The notes under the pieces are model-generated. The model did no database searches and was not told where the DNA came from. It worked only from the letters and a program-made list of their open reading frames with translations. Shown here piece by piece: positions 10,237-19,653 of a stretch of DNA of 64,000 nt. A program made the translations under genes and the position numbers. Origin of the DNA: Candidatus Ozemobacteraceae bacterium (GTDB lineage Bacteria; Muiribacteriota; Ozemobacteria; Ozemobacterales; Ozemobacteraceae). The stretch lies in NCBI GenBank assembly GCA_965140445.1, contig OZ223236.1, forward strand, positions 5,056,001 to 5,120,000, read 5' to 3'. How positions within the stretch are numbered: position 1 is the first letter of the stretch; each line of letters begins with the position of its first letter.

Positions 10237-10890
10237 TTATTTACTGTATTTCTCAAGCGCAGCTTTTAAAAGAGCTTGCGCTTGTTTATCTTTAGGAGAG
10301 ATTTTTGTATAGGTCATTAAAATAGAGGCTGCTGAAGCATTATAATTTTGATCCAAAAGATTCTTTGCATAGTTAAATCCCACAGCTGAAAAATATCCCC
10401 GATCTCTTCTTGCGTTAGCCTCAAATTCTTTCCAGGCAAGATCATAATAGCCCCCCTGAAAAAGATCATCTATCTTTTTCTGACTCTCACGTATTGCAGC
10501 TCCACGATCAACTTCAACAAATCCTGATTCGGCTTTCAAATATCCTGGAGCAGTATTACGAGCAAGCTCCATCAGGCGAGCGGCCTCTTCCTTTTTTCCA
10601 CGAGCAAATCTAATATTTGCTTCAGCAATAAGAGCGTCAGCCTTTTGCTTTTTCTTATTAGTTATTCGAGACTTTTCAACGAACTCAGTTGGTACATTGT
10701 TTAGCTTAATTTCAAATGGCGAAGGCGGTATTTCTGGTTCCGTAATAATTTCAAAAGCTCTCCAAACTGACAGTCCAATAATTATAAAAATCAAAAATCT
10801 GGTAAGTTCCATTAAGATTTTTTCAGAACCAAAACCCTTGTCAACAGGCTTTTCCTTGGATGGATTCCCCAGTCTCTTGATTCCTGACAA
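10237..10890 (-). CDS. Hypothetical single-TM protein with TPR-like helices
   Basis: One TM near the N-terminus, then alpha-helical repeats (ADALIAEANIRFARGKKEEAARLMELA; ISPKDKQAQALL). Confidence 0.7.
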   Translation of the reverse strand: MSGIKRLGNPSKEKPVDKGFGSEKILMELTRFLIFIIIGLSVWRAFEIITEPEIPPSPFEIKLNNVPTEFVEKSRITNKKKQKADALIAEANIRFARGKKEEAARLMELARNTAPGYLKAESGFVEVDRGAAIRESQKKIDDLFQGGYYDLAWKEFEANARRDRGYFSAVGFNYAKNLLDQNYNASAASILMTYTKISPKDKQAQALLKAALEKYSK

Positions 10891-10985
10891 AATAATTAAT
10901 CCTTTTTTTCTTTACCTGAGAGCTAATTCATTTATACTACATATTAGTCTTCCAGACTAATCAAATTCAATCTCATTGAGGGCAC

Positions 10986-12062
10986 ATGTCAATAAATTTG
11001 AAAGACTATATTCAATATCAGAAACCACAAGTAAACATGCTAAAGGCCCTAACATTGCCTCTAATTGCAGCTGTTTACAATTTTGGTTGGCGAGCAGCGC
11101 TTTGCGTTTCTTTTTCAATGTTTACTTGCTGGCTAATCGAATACCTTTTCACCAGGCGCGATAAAAAACCTGCTTCAGCTGCCGCATTAGTAACCGGAAT
11201 GATTTTTGGACTGATTCTTCCACCAAACATACCCTTCTGGCAAATTTTTGTTGGAGGAGCTTTCGGTATAATTTTCGGAAAAATGGTATTTGGAGGCTTT
11301 GGAAAAAACGTCTTCAACCCGGCAATGGTAGCAAGATGTTTCCTTTACATTTGCTTTCCTGCAACAATGGCCGCAACATGGTATTCTCCTTTTGTTGGCG
11401 CTCCAGCTGGATTCGCAAAGTTTTCTCCTGATACAGTCAGAATGAAGACAGCCGATGTCGACTCCAGCTTTCTAAAAATAGACGGAGTTACAAGCGCAAC
11501 AACCTTAACTGCAACAAAAAAGCTTAATGCTTTTTATAGAGAAGCCAAATTAGCTTCTGATACTGCAAAACAAACTCAAGCAATCCAGGCCTACTCTAAT
11601 ATTTCCATAAAGAAAATCTTTCTGGGAAACATTAACGGGTCTATGGGAGAAACTAGTGCAATTTTAATTTTACTTGCCCTGGTTTTCCTCATTTACAACA
11701 AAATAGTGTTTATACCGCTTGTTGTTGGCCCATTTTTGGGGATATTTATAGGCAAGCTACTTCTTCACGGCATGGGATTTGACTTGATGCCATTTTTCAA
11801 GGATTTCCTGGTTAGCATATTTGCCGGCGGCACCATATTTGCTGCGACTTTTATGATAACAGAACCTATTTCTGCGCCAATGAATAATAAAGCACGATGG
11901 ATTTATGCCGCCCTGATTGGCTTCCTTGCCACAATAATTAGAAGTCTATCTGCTTTTAACGCAGGCTTCATGTTTGCAATTCTTCTTGGAAACACATTCG
12001 GCCCACTAATTGAAATTGGCTATGTTGAATGGGACAAAAAGAACAAGGAGAAGAAAGCATGA
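10986..12062 (+). CDS. nqrB: NqrB/RnfD-family subunit
   Basis: FGGFGKNVFNPAMVAR, FMN-site-like DGVTSATT, GSMGETS, FMITEPIS, FAILLGN. Confidence 0.85.
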   Translation: MSINLKDYIQYQKPQVNMLKALTLPLIAAVYNFGWRAALCVSFSMFTCWLIEYLFTRRDKKPASAAALVTGMIFGLILPPNIPFWQIFVGGAFGIIFGKMVFGGFGKNVFNPAMVARCFLYICFPATMAATWYSPFVGAPAGFAKFSPDTVRMKTADVDSSFLKIDGVTSATTLTATKKLNAFYREAKLASDTAKQTQAIQAYSNISIKKIFLGNINGSMGETSAILILLALVFLIYNKIVFIPLVVGPFLGIFIGKLLLHGMGFDLMPFFKDFLVSIFAGGTIFAATFMITEPISAPMNNKARWIYAALIGFLATIIRSLSAFNAGFMFAILLGNTFGPLIEIGYVEWDKKNKEKKA

Positions 12063-12700
12063 TTCAGAAAGTAAAAATCGTCCTTTTTTCTGTTGTTGTT
12101 ACTGCAATTTTCACACTCCTGGTTAGCGGAGTAAATAGTGCGTTAAAAGAAAAAACAGCGATAAACAGGATGGTTGCAAAACAAAAAGTTATTGTGGGCT
12201 TATTTGGAATAGCTACGGACACAAAAAACCTGCAAGAAAGCCTAATCCCGCAATTGTTTGCAGATAAGATTGAACCAGTTCAACTTCCAGCTTCTGCCTC
12301 CAAAAAGCTTGAGGTTTACAAACTAAAAAACTCTCAAACAGGCAAATTTGTTTTCTCGTTTTCCGGACAAGGTTTTTGGGATCAAATATATGGGTTTATG
12401 GCAATTGACCTTGAAGCCCAGAAAATAGATGGAATAGAATTCACCCAACATGGAGAAACCCCCGGATTGGGAGGAAGAATCAGCGAAAAGGAATTTAAAG
12501 CCAGATTCATAAATAAACCCATAAATGATATTCGTTCTGATGGTTTAAGACTTAAATTTATGGCCGAAGGAACAGCCAAAAAAACAAATGAAATTGATGG
12601 AATCACCGGAGCAACAGGAACTACAGTTGCTCTAGAAAAAATCGTAAATAAATCAATTGATGGTTTTGTTGCCCTTAAGATTTGGGGAGAAAAACAATGA
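12059..12700 (+). CDS. nqrC: NqrC/RnfG FMN-binding subunit
   Basis: GQGFWDQIYG, HGETPGLGGRI, DGITGAT flavinylation motif; ATGA overlap with nqrB. Confidence 0.85.
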   Translation: MIQKVKIVLFSVVVTAIFTLLVSGVNSALKEKTAINRMVAKQKVIVGLFGIATDTKNLQESLIPQLFADKIEPVQLPASASKKLEVYKLKNSQTGKFVFSFSGQGFWDQIYGFMAIDLEAQKIDGIEFTQHGETPGLGGRISEKEFKARFINKPINDIRSDGLRLKFMAEGTAKKTNEIDGITGATGTTVALEKIVNKSIDGFVALKIWGEKQ

Positions 12701-13305
12701 CACACGCAAAAGGAACCGATGCCTTTAAAAAAATGGTCTGGGAAGATAATCCGGTAATTGGACAGATCCTGGGAATTTGTTCTGCTCTTGCAGTAACCAA
12801 TCTTGTGAAAAACACTTTCGTAATGTGCCTTGGCTTATTATTTACTCTGGCAACTTCATGTGTAACCGTTTCATTAATGCGAAACATCATACCCAGAAGA
12901 ATCCGAATGATAATCCAGGTTTTGATCATTGCAGCATATGTAATTGTTATTAAAATACTTTTAGATGCATACCTACCAGAGATAAGTAAAGAACTTGGGC
13001 CTTACGTTGGCTTAATTATAACCAACTGTATCGTAATGGGAAGAACCGAGGGCTATGCAATGGCAAATAAGCCTTGGGATGCTCTTCTTGACGGACTTGG
13101 AGCTGGAATTGGATATTCAATGGTTTTATTACCCATAGCTATGATTAGAGAACCATTAGGACTAGGTAGCTTCTTCGGCTATCAAATCATCCCAGCAGGC
13201 TGGACAAAGTGGAATTTAATGGTAATTGCCCCAAGCGGCTTTTTTGCCCTGGCCATTTACATCTGGATAGCAAGAGCCTTTAACTTTGGCTCTAGTAAAA
13301 AGTAA
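12697..13305 (+). CDS. nqrD: NqrD subunit
   Basis: NPVIGQILGICSALAVT, VGLIITNCIVMGRTE. Confidence 0.9.
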   Translation: MTHAKGTDAFKKMVWEDNPVIGQILGICSALAVTNLVKNTFVMCLGLLFTLATSCVTVSLMRNIIPRRIRMIIQVLIIAAYVIVIKILLDAYLPEISKELGPYVGLIITNCIVMGRTEGYAMANKPWDALLDGLGAGIGYSMVLLPIAMIREPLGLGSFFGYQIIPAGWTKWNLMVIAPSGFFALAIYIWIARAFNFGSSKK

Positions 13306-13315
13306 GGAGGAGTTT

Positions 13316-13915
13316 ATGGATATTCAAAATGTACACCCATTTGTAATTTTCTTCGCTGCCATCACTACCAACAACATCCTCCTCACAAACTTCCTTGGGA
13401 TGTGTTCATTTCTTGCGGTTTCAAAGGATCTTAAAAGCTCTATCGGGCTCGGCGGGGCAGTTATCTTTGTCTCGACCTTTACCGCACCATTGAACTGGCT
13501 TGTTTACCATAAACTGCTTGTCCCATTTGAACTCGAATACCTTCAATACATTGCTTTTATTATCGTAATCGCCGCATTCGTTCAAATTATCGAAATGATA
13601 ATAGAAAGAACCAGCACCCTGTTATATCTATCGCTAGGAATCTTTCTTCCATTGATAACTGTAAATTGCGCCATTCTTGGTTGTGCGCTTTTCCTGGTGA
13701 TTCGCCAGTATTCACTCATTCAGTCAGTAGCCTATGGACTTGGGTCAGGCACCGGCTGGGCTTTAGCTATTGCAGCACTGGCAGGAATAAGAACCAAAAT
13801 GGAAAAGAAATCAAAAGTAATTCCAGAACTTGAAGGCCCCGGAATAGCTCTAATTATCACTGGTATTATAGCTATGGCCTTTATCGGATTCTCCGGAATT
13901 GTAAGAATAAATTAA
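13316..13915 (+). CDS. nqrE: NqrE subunit
   Basis: FLGMCSFLAVSK, LGIFLPLITVNCAILG, AFIGFSGI; AGGAGG RBS before ATG 13316. Confidence 0.9.
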   Translation: MDIQNVHPFVIFFAAITTNNILLTNFLGMCSFLAVSKDLKSSIGLGGAVIFVSTFTAPLNWLVYHKLLVPFELEYLQYIAFIIVIAAFVQIIEMIIERTSTLLYLSLGIFLPLITVNCAILGCALFLVIRQYSLIQSVAYGLGSGTGWALAIAALAGIRTKMEKKSKVIPELEGPGIALIITGIIAMAFIGFSGIVRIN

Positions 13916-13926
13916 AGGGAACGGTA

Positions 13927-15027
13927 ATGTCACAAATATTAGTTGCAACTGCTGTTTTAAGTGGATTGAGCGGAGTCCTTACAATCCTTTTACTGATAGT
14001 AGAGTATTTTTTCGCCAGCTATGGCGAATGTGAAATAAATGTAAATGATGGAGAAAAGCTCTACAAATTAGAAGGTGGAGCCAGTCTGCTCTCTAGTCTT
14101 GCTCAACAAAAACTTTTTCTCCCTTCTGGCTGTGGGGGGAAGGGTAGCTGCGGTACCTGTAAGTGCAAAGTTATCGACGGTGCTGGTCCGCTACTTCCTA
14201 CTGAAATCCCATACCTCACCGAAGAAGAAAAAAAGAACGGAACCAGACTTTCCTGCCAGATAAAAGTAAAAAATGATATTAAGATTTCAGTCCCGGATGA
14301 ACTGCTTAGCATTAAAGAATTTGATACAACAATTGAAAGAATAACCGACTACACTCACGACATCAAAGGTATTAGATTTAAGCTTCCCGAAGGTGAGAAA
14401 ATTAAGTTTAAAGCCGGGCAATTTGTTAATCTTTTTTCAAAGCCATATGATGAAGTTAGAGAAGAAACCTCCAGAGCCTATTCAATTAGCTCGGCTCCTT
14501 CTGACAATGAAGCCATTGAACTGGTCATTAGATACGTTCCAAATGGAATGGTTACAACCTATGTATTTAATCACCTCAAAGAGGGCGATAAAGCTCGACT
14601 AATAGGCCCATTTGGAGAATTTTTTCTCAGAGATTCTGAGAGAGAATTGGTGTGTATCGCTGGAGGCTCTGGTTTAGCTCCAATTAGAAGCATAATTCTA
14701 GATATGATTGATAGAAATATCACCAATCGAAAAGCTACCTTCTTCTTTGGTGCAGTTACTCAGAAAGACCTTTACTACCTCGAAGAACTTAAAGAACTTG
14801 AGAAGAAACATTCCTGGTTCAAATTTGTACCTGCTCTCTCAAATGATAAGTCGGACCACCCGTTTGAAAATGGACTTATTACAGATGTAGTAGCACGCCA
14901 TTATGAAAAGCTGGATAACCATGAAGGCTACCTATGCGGAAGCCCTGGCATGATAGGTGCCTGCGAAAAGGTTTTAACCGGCAAAGGAATGCCCGCAGAA
15001 TTAATTTTTTACGATAAATTCTCATAA
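13927..15027 (+). CDS. nqrF: NqrF-like [2Fe-2S]/FAD/NAD oxidoreductase
   Basis: N-terminal TM; CGGKGSCGTC..RLSCQ; RAYSISS; GPFGEF; IAGGSGLAP; YLCGSP. Confidence 0.8.
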   Translation: MSQILVATAVLSGLSGVLTILLLIVEYFFASYGECEINVNDGEKLYKLEGGASLLSSLAQQKLFLPSGCGGKGSCGTCKCKVIDGAGPLLPTEIPYLTEEEKKNGTRLSCQIKVKNDIKISVPDELLSIKEFDTTIERITDYTHDIKGIRFKLPEGEKIKFKAGQFVNLFSKPYDEVREETSRAYSISSAPSDNEAIELVIRYVPNGMVTTYVFNHLKEGDKARLIGPFGEFFLRDSERELVCIAGGSGLAPIRSIILDMIDRNITNRKATFFFGAVTQKDLYYLEELKELEKKHSWFKFVPALSNDKSDHPFENGLITDVVARHYEKLDNHEGYLCGSPGMIGACEKVLTGKGMPAELIFYDKFS

Positions 15028-15043
15028 TTTAAGGAGCTTAACA

Positions 15044-15493
15044 ATGAAACAGACTCCCGAATTAGACCGCATACAGCAAAAAATGAAACCTGGAGTTCTT
15101 ACCCTTAAAGGGTTTCTTGGAACAGATGATCGAAAGCTTTCAGATATTATTCGCCAAGACATGCTTACTGTAAGCAAACTTGAGCTGGATACTGAAGAAG
15201 TTTGCAATAAACTTCAGGAGCTTGCCGACAAAGGCACCGATCTAATGGAACAAGAAGTGATTGTAAACGACAGATACCATATTAGAGTTAGAGACGATAG
15301 AGGCAAGCTCCCAAGTCCATGGGGAGATGGTTTATTTGAAAAGGGTGACGTTGAATTATTTGATTCTAAAACTCAAATCAAAATTAAATGGAATAAGCTT
15401 ACCCTTCAGCTGATAAAAGCACACTCTTTCTTTGGCGGCAAAGGAAGTGAATACAGAATTAACCCGGCAGATCTTCCTAAACTTCTGGACTGA
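15044..15493 (+). CDS. Hypothetical soluble protein, last gene of the nqr operon
   Basis: AAGGAG RBS; 16 nt after the nqrF stop; 149 aa; followed by a terminator. Confidence 0.8.
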   Translation: MKQTPELDRIQQKMKPGVLTLKGFLGTDDRKLSDIIRQDMLTVSKLELDTEEVCNKLQELADKGTDLMEQEVIVNDRYHIRVRDDRGKLPSPWGDGLFEKGDVELFDSKTQIKIKWNKLTLQLIKAHSFFGGKGSEYRINPADLPKLLD

Positions 15494-15545
15494 AAAATAA
15501 TCAAAGGCAAACCGCGCCAACGACATAAAAAAATAGCGCAAAATA

Positions 15546-15580
15546 AAAGATCCCCCGGTTTTCACCGGGGGATCTTTTTT
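15546..15580. terminator. Bidirectional intrinsic terminator
   Basis: AAAGATCCCCCGGT-TTTC-ACCGGGGGATCTTT plus T-run, between convergent genes. Confidence 0.85.
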
Positions 15581-15609
15581 AAGCAGATGAGTAAATTTTT
15601 AGACTTTCT

Positions 15610-16503
15610 TTAGAAGTCGTTGATCATGTCAACAAAGTCTGGGCGATCAACAAATGGATTTCTGTTATGCTGATAGTTTTCGATTCTGTCGTTTCTTTTT
15701 CTTTCTGCGTCAGTGACAGGATCTTCTTTGTGCCATTGTCTGAGAACCTTTTCTTCCTGAGGAGGAATTGGCATTCTATAGCGAACTGAGAAGTAAAATT
15801 TACCTCTTGCTGTGTCGCCTCTTTGTTCTGGCCTTACTTCAAAAACATGTTTGTCAGTCTTACTTCCGCCCTGTTCCCAGGTAGGATGACTAACGTTTCC
15901 AAAAGGATTATTTCCACGAATTCCGTTAGCTTTTGAATCTGATGGAAAAAGATGATGCAAATCACACTTAGCAATTCCAGTAGCACCCTGAGATTGAGGC
16001 CATGTGTGTTCAATATTCATATTAGTAGCTGAAGGTTCACAGTTGGTTTTTAATTTTCTTCCAGTGTAAACACATTCTACATAACCATCATGATTATCAA
16101 TATCTGTAAAAACGATATCCTGAGCACTCTGATAACCAACGGATACATGGTTATTAATTTTTCTATATAGTTCTTCTTTTAGTCCATCGTTACGTGAATT
16201 GGCACAGTCAGCATAAAAATCGCCAGCAGCGTCAAGATCTGGAACCAAAAGCTTTCCATTTTCGTCTACAGGGTCAGTTTCTCTGGCTGAAAGATAAGAA
16301 TAAAGAGTCTTTACATCAGCTCTGAGTTTAAAAAGATCAGTTTGAGCCCTTGGCATTCTCTGCTCAAGTTCATCAAGTTGCAACATCATTTCTTTATAAA
16401 GTTGCTCTGGTGATCTGGCCTTAATATTAGCCGCAGATACCATTGTTCCAACCAGGAACAATCCAATAATCAATACAAATAAAGCTGTCTTCTGTCTAAA
16501 CAT
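15610..16503 (-). CDS. Secreted endonuclease I family (beta-beta-alpha-Me) nuclease
   Basis: Signal peptide; NIEHTWPQS, DLHHLFP, N..RGN.PFG, RGDTAR..FY, QHNRNPFVDRP. Confidence 0.9.
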   Translation of the reverse strand: MFRQKTALFVLIIGLFLVGTMVSAANIKARSPEQLYKEMMLQLDELEQRMPRAQTDLFKLRADVKTLYSYLSARETDPVDENGKLLVPDLDAAGDFYADCANSRNDGLKEELYRKINNHVSVGYQSAQDIVFTDIDNHDGYVECVYTGRKLKTNCEPSATNMNIEHTWPQSQGATGIAKCDLHHLFPSDSKANGIRGNNPFGNVSHPTWEQGGSKTDKHVFEVRPEQRGDTARGKFYFSVRYRMPIPPQEEKVLRQWHKEDPVTDAERKRNDRIENYQHNRNPFVDRPDFVDMINDF

Positions 16504-16623
16504 AATCAGTCTCCCTTGTTAATCATACTCATCTACTTATAGGGTAAAACTAAAATCCCAGTCGAGATTGTTTTTCAATTATGACAGATGATAATAATTC
16601 ACGCAAGAGTACATTATAAAATT

Positions 16624-16649
16624 TGTAACAAAACCTATTTTTAACCGTA
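16624..16649 (+). promoter_or_regulatory. ECF-type promoter (TGTAAC-N16-CGTA)
   Basis: Same motif and spacing as 19100-19125 and 26444-26469. Confidence 0.5.
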
Positions 16650-16747
16650 GAACATACGACTAAAGATGATTTTTTTCCTTCCTTAGGGTTAATAATGTAT
16701 AATGGTTGTCATACATACCAATTAGAACTTCTATTGGAGTCTTCTCA

Positions 16748-19093
16748 GTGAGTGAAGTAGATAATCTAAGTCTTGAACTTCAAGCGCCTATCAAAACATT
16801 TAGAGTTTTCGCGATCGAAAAAATTATAAAAAGCGGAAACTCTATTGAGTTGCTAAATCTTTTAAAACAAACCAGACCTTACGAAGAAGATCTTGAATGT
16901 CAAATGCTGATTGACCATGCAATCTCAACTCTTGAAAATAGATTAAACAAAACAAAAACAAAAAAAATTGATTTAAAAGAGATTCAAAAAAACTATCCTG
17001 GAACATTACCTCAATTTCAATTGAAACTTCTGGGAAATCTTAGATTAGAACCATTAGAAGAAGACGTGAGAATAAAACTGATCCGCTTTCTTCTAAAAAA
17101 TACCAAACACCCGGTTGTTGTTGCGCAAATTATAAAGAGATTTCATAAATTTTGGCCCAAAAAGGATCTCGGCTTTTTTGAAAAAAATCTTTTTGCAAAG
17201 TCTCCAAGCATGCAGTTAGCAAGTCTAGAAGCCTTAATTAATGAAGCACCAAATCGTCTCATTAATCATTTTGAAAAGCTCGTATTATCCGAAGATCCAT
17301 TAATCAGAGCAATGGCTATCAGGGCACTGGCAAAGAAATCCCCTGAAATTGCAGCTGAATTTCTCGCTGATTTTCTAAAAAAAGGGGAAAAATTTGGTAA
17401 ATCAGCTGCACTTAGCGTCTGTACCATTATGCCTTTTAACCTCGTTAAGCAAAGTCTGGTAGAATTTATTCTAGTAGAAAATGAACCATCAATGTATGAA
17501 TTGGCAGGCACAATTTTCATTGCCAATCCAGACAAGGAAATCCCTTATCGTCTCTATGACGTAATGGATAAGTCAGAAAAAAAGAAAAAGGCCTACCTGA
17601 ACAAGCTAATAAAATCCTGTTGCTCAATAATCAAAGCCTCAGGAATTTGTCCAGACTATCCAGACTACGTCAAACAACTGACCTCTTACATAAGTGAGAA
17701 ACAGTCTAAAGCATTTATTGGCGGATGCCTCTCTCTATACCAGGATGCTTCAGAAAATAGAAAACAAGAAATTCAAGCACGCCTTCACGAATATGCGGAA
17801 ACAGAAAATGGCCGCATAGCAATGGAAAAATGGCTAAAAAATAATTCAGAGCACGAACTCTCTGATGTGATAAAACAAACCCTGAATAAAACTCCAGAAA
17901 AACAGGAAAAACAGGAGAAACAGGACTTTTCGGTTGAAGAACATCTCAAAGCACCTCCTGAAAAGCTTTTGCGAACCCTGATTAACATAAGGCGACTTAA
18001 AGAAAAAGCGGGAGAGGAGCTTATTTCAGCTGTTTTAGATGACAAATCATTTCCAGTAGAAATAAAAGCCGCTGCTTTGCGTGCAGCTGTTTTTGTAGAA
18101 CTTCAGGGATATACCAACAAGGCAATTTCATGGCTAAAAAGTGAAAATGAGGATCTCATTTCTTCAAGTTTTGAGTATCTTGCACGCTTCGATTCCGATT
18201 CCTTTTTCCTGCAGCTTCGCAACCATGTTAATAGTAGATCCTTCATTGTAAGAACAACCCTGATAAAACTGGCAAGCAAGCAATCCCCTGAAGTTGCAAA
18301 ATCAATACTGGACTCAATGCTCAAAGACGACAGTGCTGACGTAAGAAAAAGAGGACTTGGTTCAATAGTTTTATTTGAATTTTCTTTTGTTAAAGAACTG
18401 CTTTTAACCTACATGGAAAAAGAACATCAAAAAGATTTACTAAAAATCTGTCTTTCATTTTTCCAGATGAATCCGATGCTTGAAAGTGTTTGGGAACTAA
18501 CCCAACTTTCTGAAACCTCTAAGTATCCTAACACCGTAAAAAATGCTATTGGCGCTGTAATGGATAATCTTGAAATTTTTAAAATTGCTTCCAGAGAAGA
18601 AATAGACCTTTTCATAAGCATGAAAAAAACCAAAGCTAGTCAAATACAGGCTGAGGAAGAAGATATACAGAAAAAAGCCTTAGAGGCTATCAAAAACAAA
18701 ATTGATTGGGCAAAAATCTCAAATACTTTTTCGGGAGTTTCAGAATATTCTGGCGCCTTAAAAAAATTGTCCATTGGGATTGTTTTAATAATCGCACTCT
18801 TTTGGTTTTTAACCTCAGATGGCGGTAATTCAGAAGCTGCAAAAGAGCTAAATTACCAGCCAGTAGTTGCAATACGAACAGACTATAAAATAATTGTTCA
18901 AAAAACGAACCTCGATGGCGGTTCAATCCTGGCCAAAACGGATAAAGGGAAAAAACTGATTCTTCTTCCAAGACCTGGAAAAAGCTTCACTGTATTGCCA
19001 GGAGATAAATTACAGCTCTCCGCGATGCCTTTTAAAAAAGCACCAGACGGAACTTTAATTGTAAAGACTATAAAACTTTTACGACAAAATTAA
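16748..19093 (+). CDS. Large HEAT-repeat protein with a C-terminal TM
   Basis: Repeated motifs (SEDPLIRAMAIRALA, DDSADVRKRGLGSI); TM near residue 690; GTG start behind GGAG (frame open from 16706). Confidence 0.8.
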   Translation: MSEVDNLSLELQAPIKTFRVFAIEKIIKSGNSIELLNLLKQTRPYEEDLECQMLIDHAISTLENRLNKTKTKKIDLKEIQKNYPGTLPQFQLKLLGNLRLEPLEEDVRIKLIRFLLKNTKHPVVVAQIIKRFHKFWPKKDLGFFEKNLFAKSPSMQLASLEALINEAPNRLINHFEKLVLSEDPLIRAMAIRALAKKSPEIAAEFLADFLKKGEKFGKSAALSVCTIMPFNLVKQSLVEFILVENEPSMYELAGTIFIANPDKEIPYRLYDVMDKSEKKKKAYLNKLIKSCCSIIKASGICPDYPDYVKQLTSYISEKQSKAFIGGCLSLYQDASENRKQEIQARLHEYAETENGRIAMEKWLKNNSEHELSDVIKQTLNKTPEKQEKQEKQDFSVEEHLKAPPEKLLRTLINIRRLKEKAGEELISAVLDDKSFPVEIKAAALRAAVFVELQGYTNKAISWLKSENEDLISSSFEYLARFDSDSFFLQLRNHVNSRSFIVRTTLIKLASKQSPEVAKSILDSMLKDDSADVRKRGLGSIVLFEFSFVKELLLTYMEKEHQKDLLKICLSFFQMNPMLESVWELTQLSETSKYPNTVKNAIGAVMDNLEIFKIASREEIDLFISMKKTKASQIQAEEEDIQKKALEAIKNKIDWAKISNTFSGVSEYSGALKKLSIGIVLIIALFWFLTSDGGNSEAAKELNYQPVVAIRTDYKIIVQKTNLDGGSILAKTDKGKKLILLPRPGKSFTVLPGDKLQLSAMPFKKAPDGTLIVKTIKLLRQN

Positions 19094-19099
19094 ATTTTC

Positions 19100-19125
19100 T
19101 GTTATCTTCTTTTTACTAAATCGTA
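19100..19125 (+). promoter_or_regulatory. ECF-type autoregulatory promoter (TGTTAT-N16-CGTA)
   Basis: Ends 24 nt upstream of the ECF sigma start codon. Confidence 0.6.
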
Positions 19126-19149
19126 ATTAATAATAGAAGGACAAATTGA

Positions 19150-19653
19150 GTGAACAACGAAGCTGAACTCTCGGGCCTCATCGAAGAAACTTACAGATCA
19201 CTGAATGTTTTTCTGAGATATCTGGGCCTACCAGACAGCGACATAGACGACATGATGCAGGAGGTTTACCTAAAAGCCTTCAAGGCCTATGATCGCTATG
19301 ATGCTTCGCGCTCTTTTAAGTCCTGGCTGTTTTCTATCGCTAAGAACACCTTTATTGATTGGACTAGAAAAGAAAAGACTAAGCAAAAATATTTGCAAAT
19401 GAATTTGGCTGAAAAATTTAATGAAGGTTTTGAAGGTGAAACAAACAGTAAGATCGCTGTTGAAAGAATCTTAAAAGATCTTGATGAAGACGAACAGGTG
19501 CTAATCGAGTTGAGATTTTTTCAGAATTTGCCGTTTAAAGAGATTGCCGAACTGGTCGGAATCTCCTCTGGAGCTGTAAAAATGAGGGTTCTAAGAATCC
19601 TTAAAAAAATTAAAGATAATTGGAACAGGTGTGAAAATGTCCAAAATCTGTGA
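19150..19653 (+). CDS. ECF RNA polymerase sigma factor
   Basis: DDMMQEVYLKAF, FKSWLFSIAKNTFIDW (region 2); LPFKEIAELVGISSGAVKMRVLR (region 4). Confidence 0.93.
   Translation: MNNEAELSGLIEETYRSLNVFLRYLGLPDSDIDDMMQEVYLKAFKAYDRYDASRSFKSWLFSIAKNTFIDWTRKEKTKQKYLQMNLAEKFNEGFEGETNSKIAVERILKDLDEDEQVLIELRFFQNLPFKEIAELVGISSGAVKMRVLRILKKIKDNWNRCENVQNL

Noticed and set aside
10986..15027. Calling the operon rnf rather than nqr
   Set aside because: The order B-C-D-E-F, Nqr-type D/E motifs and an FNR-type last subunit fit nqr; no RnfB or RnfC present
17897..17924. Short 9-bp tandem repeat encoding EKQEKQEKQ in the HEAT protein
   Set aside because: In-frame linker microrepeat with no phase-variation potential
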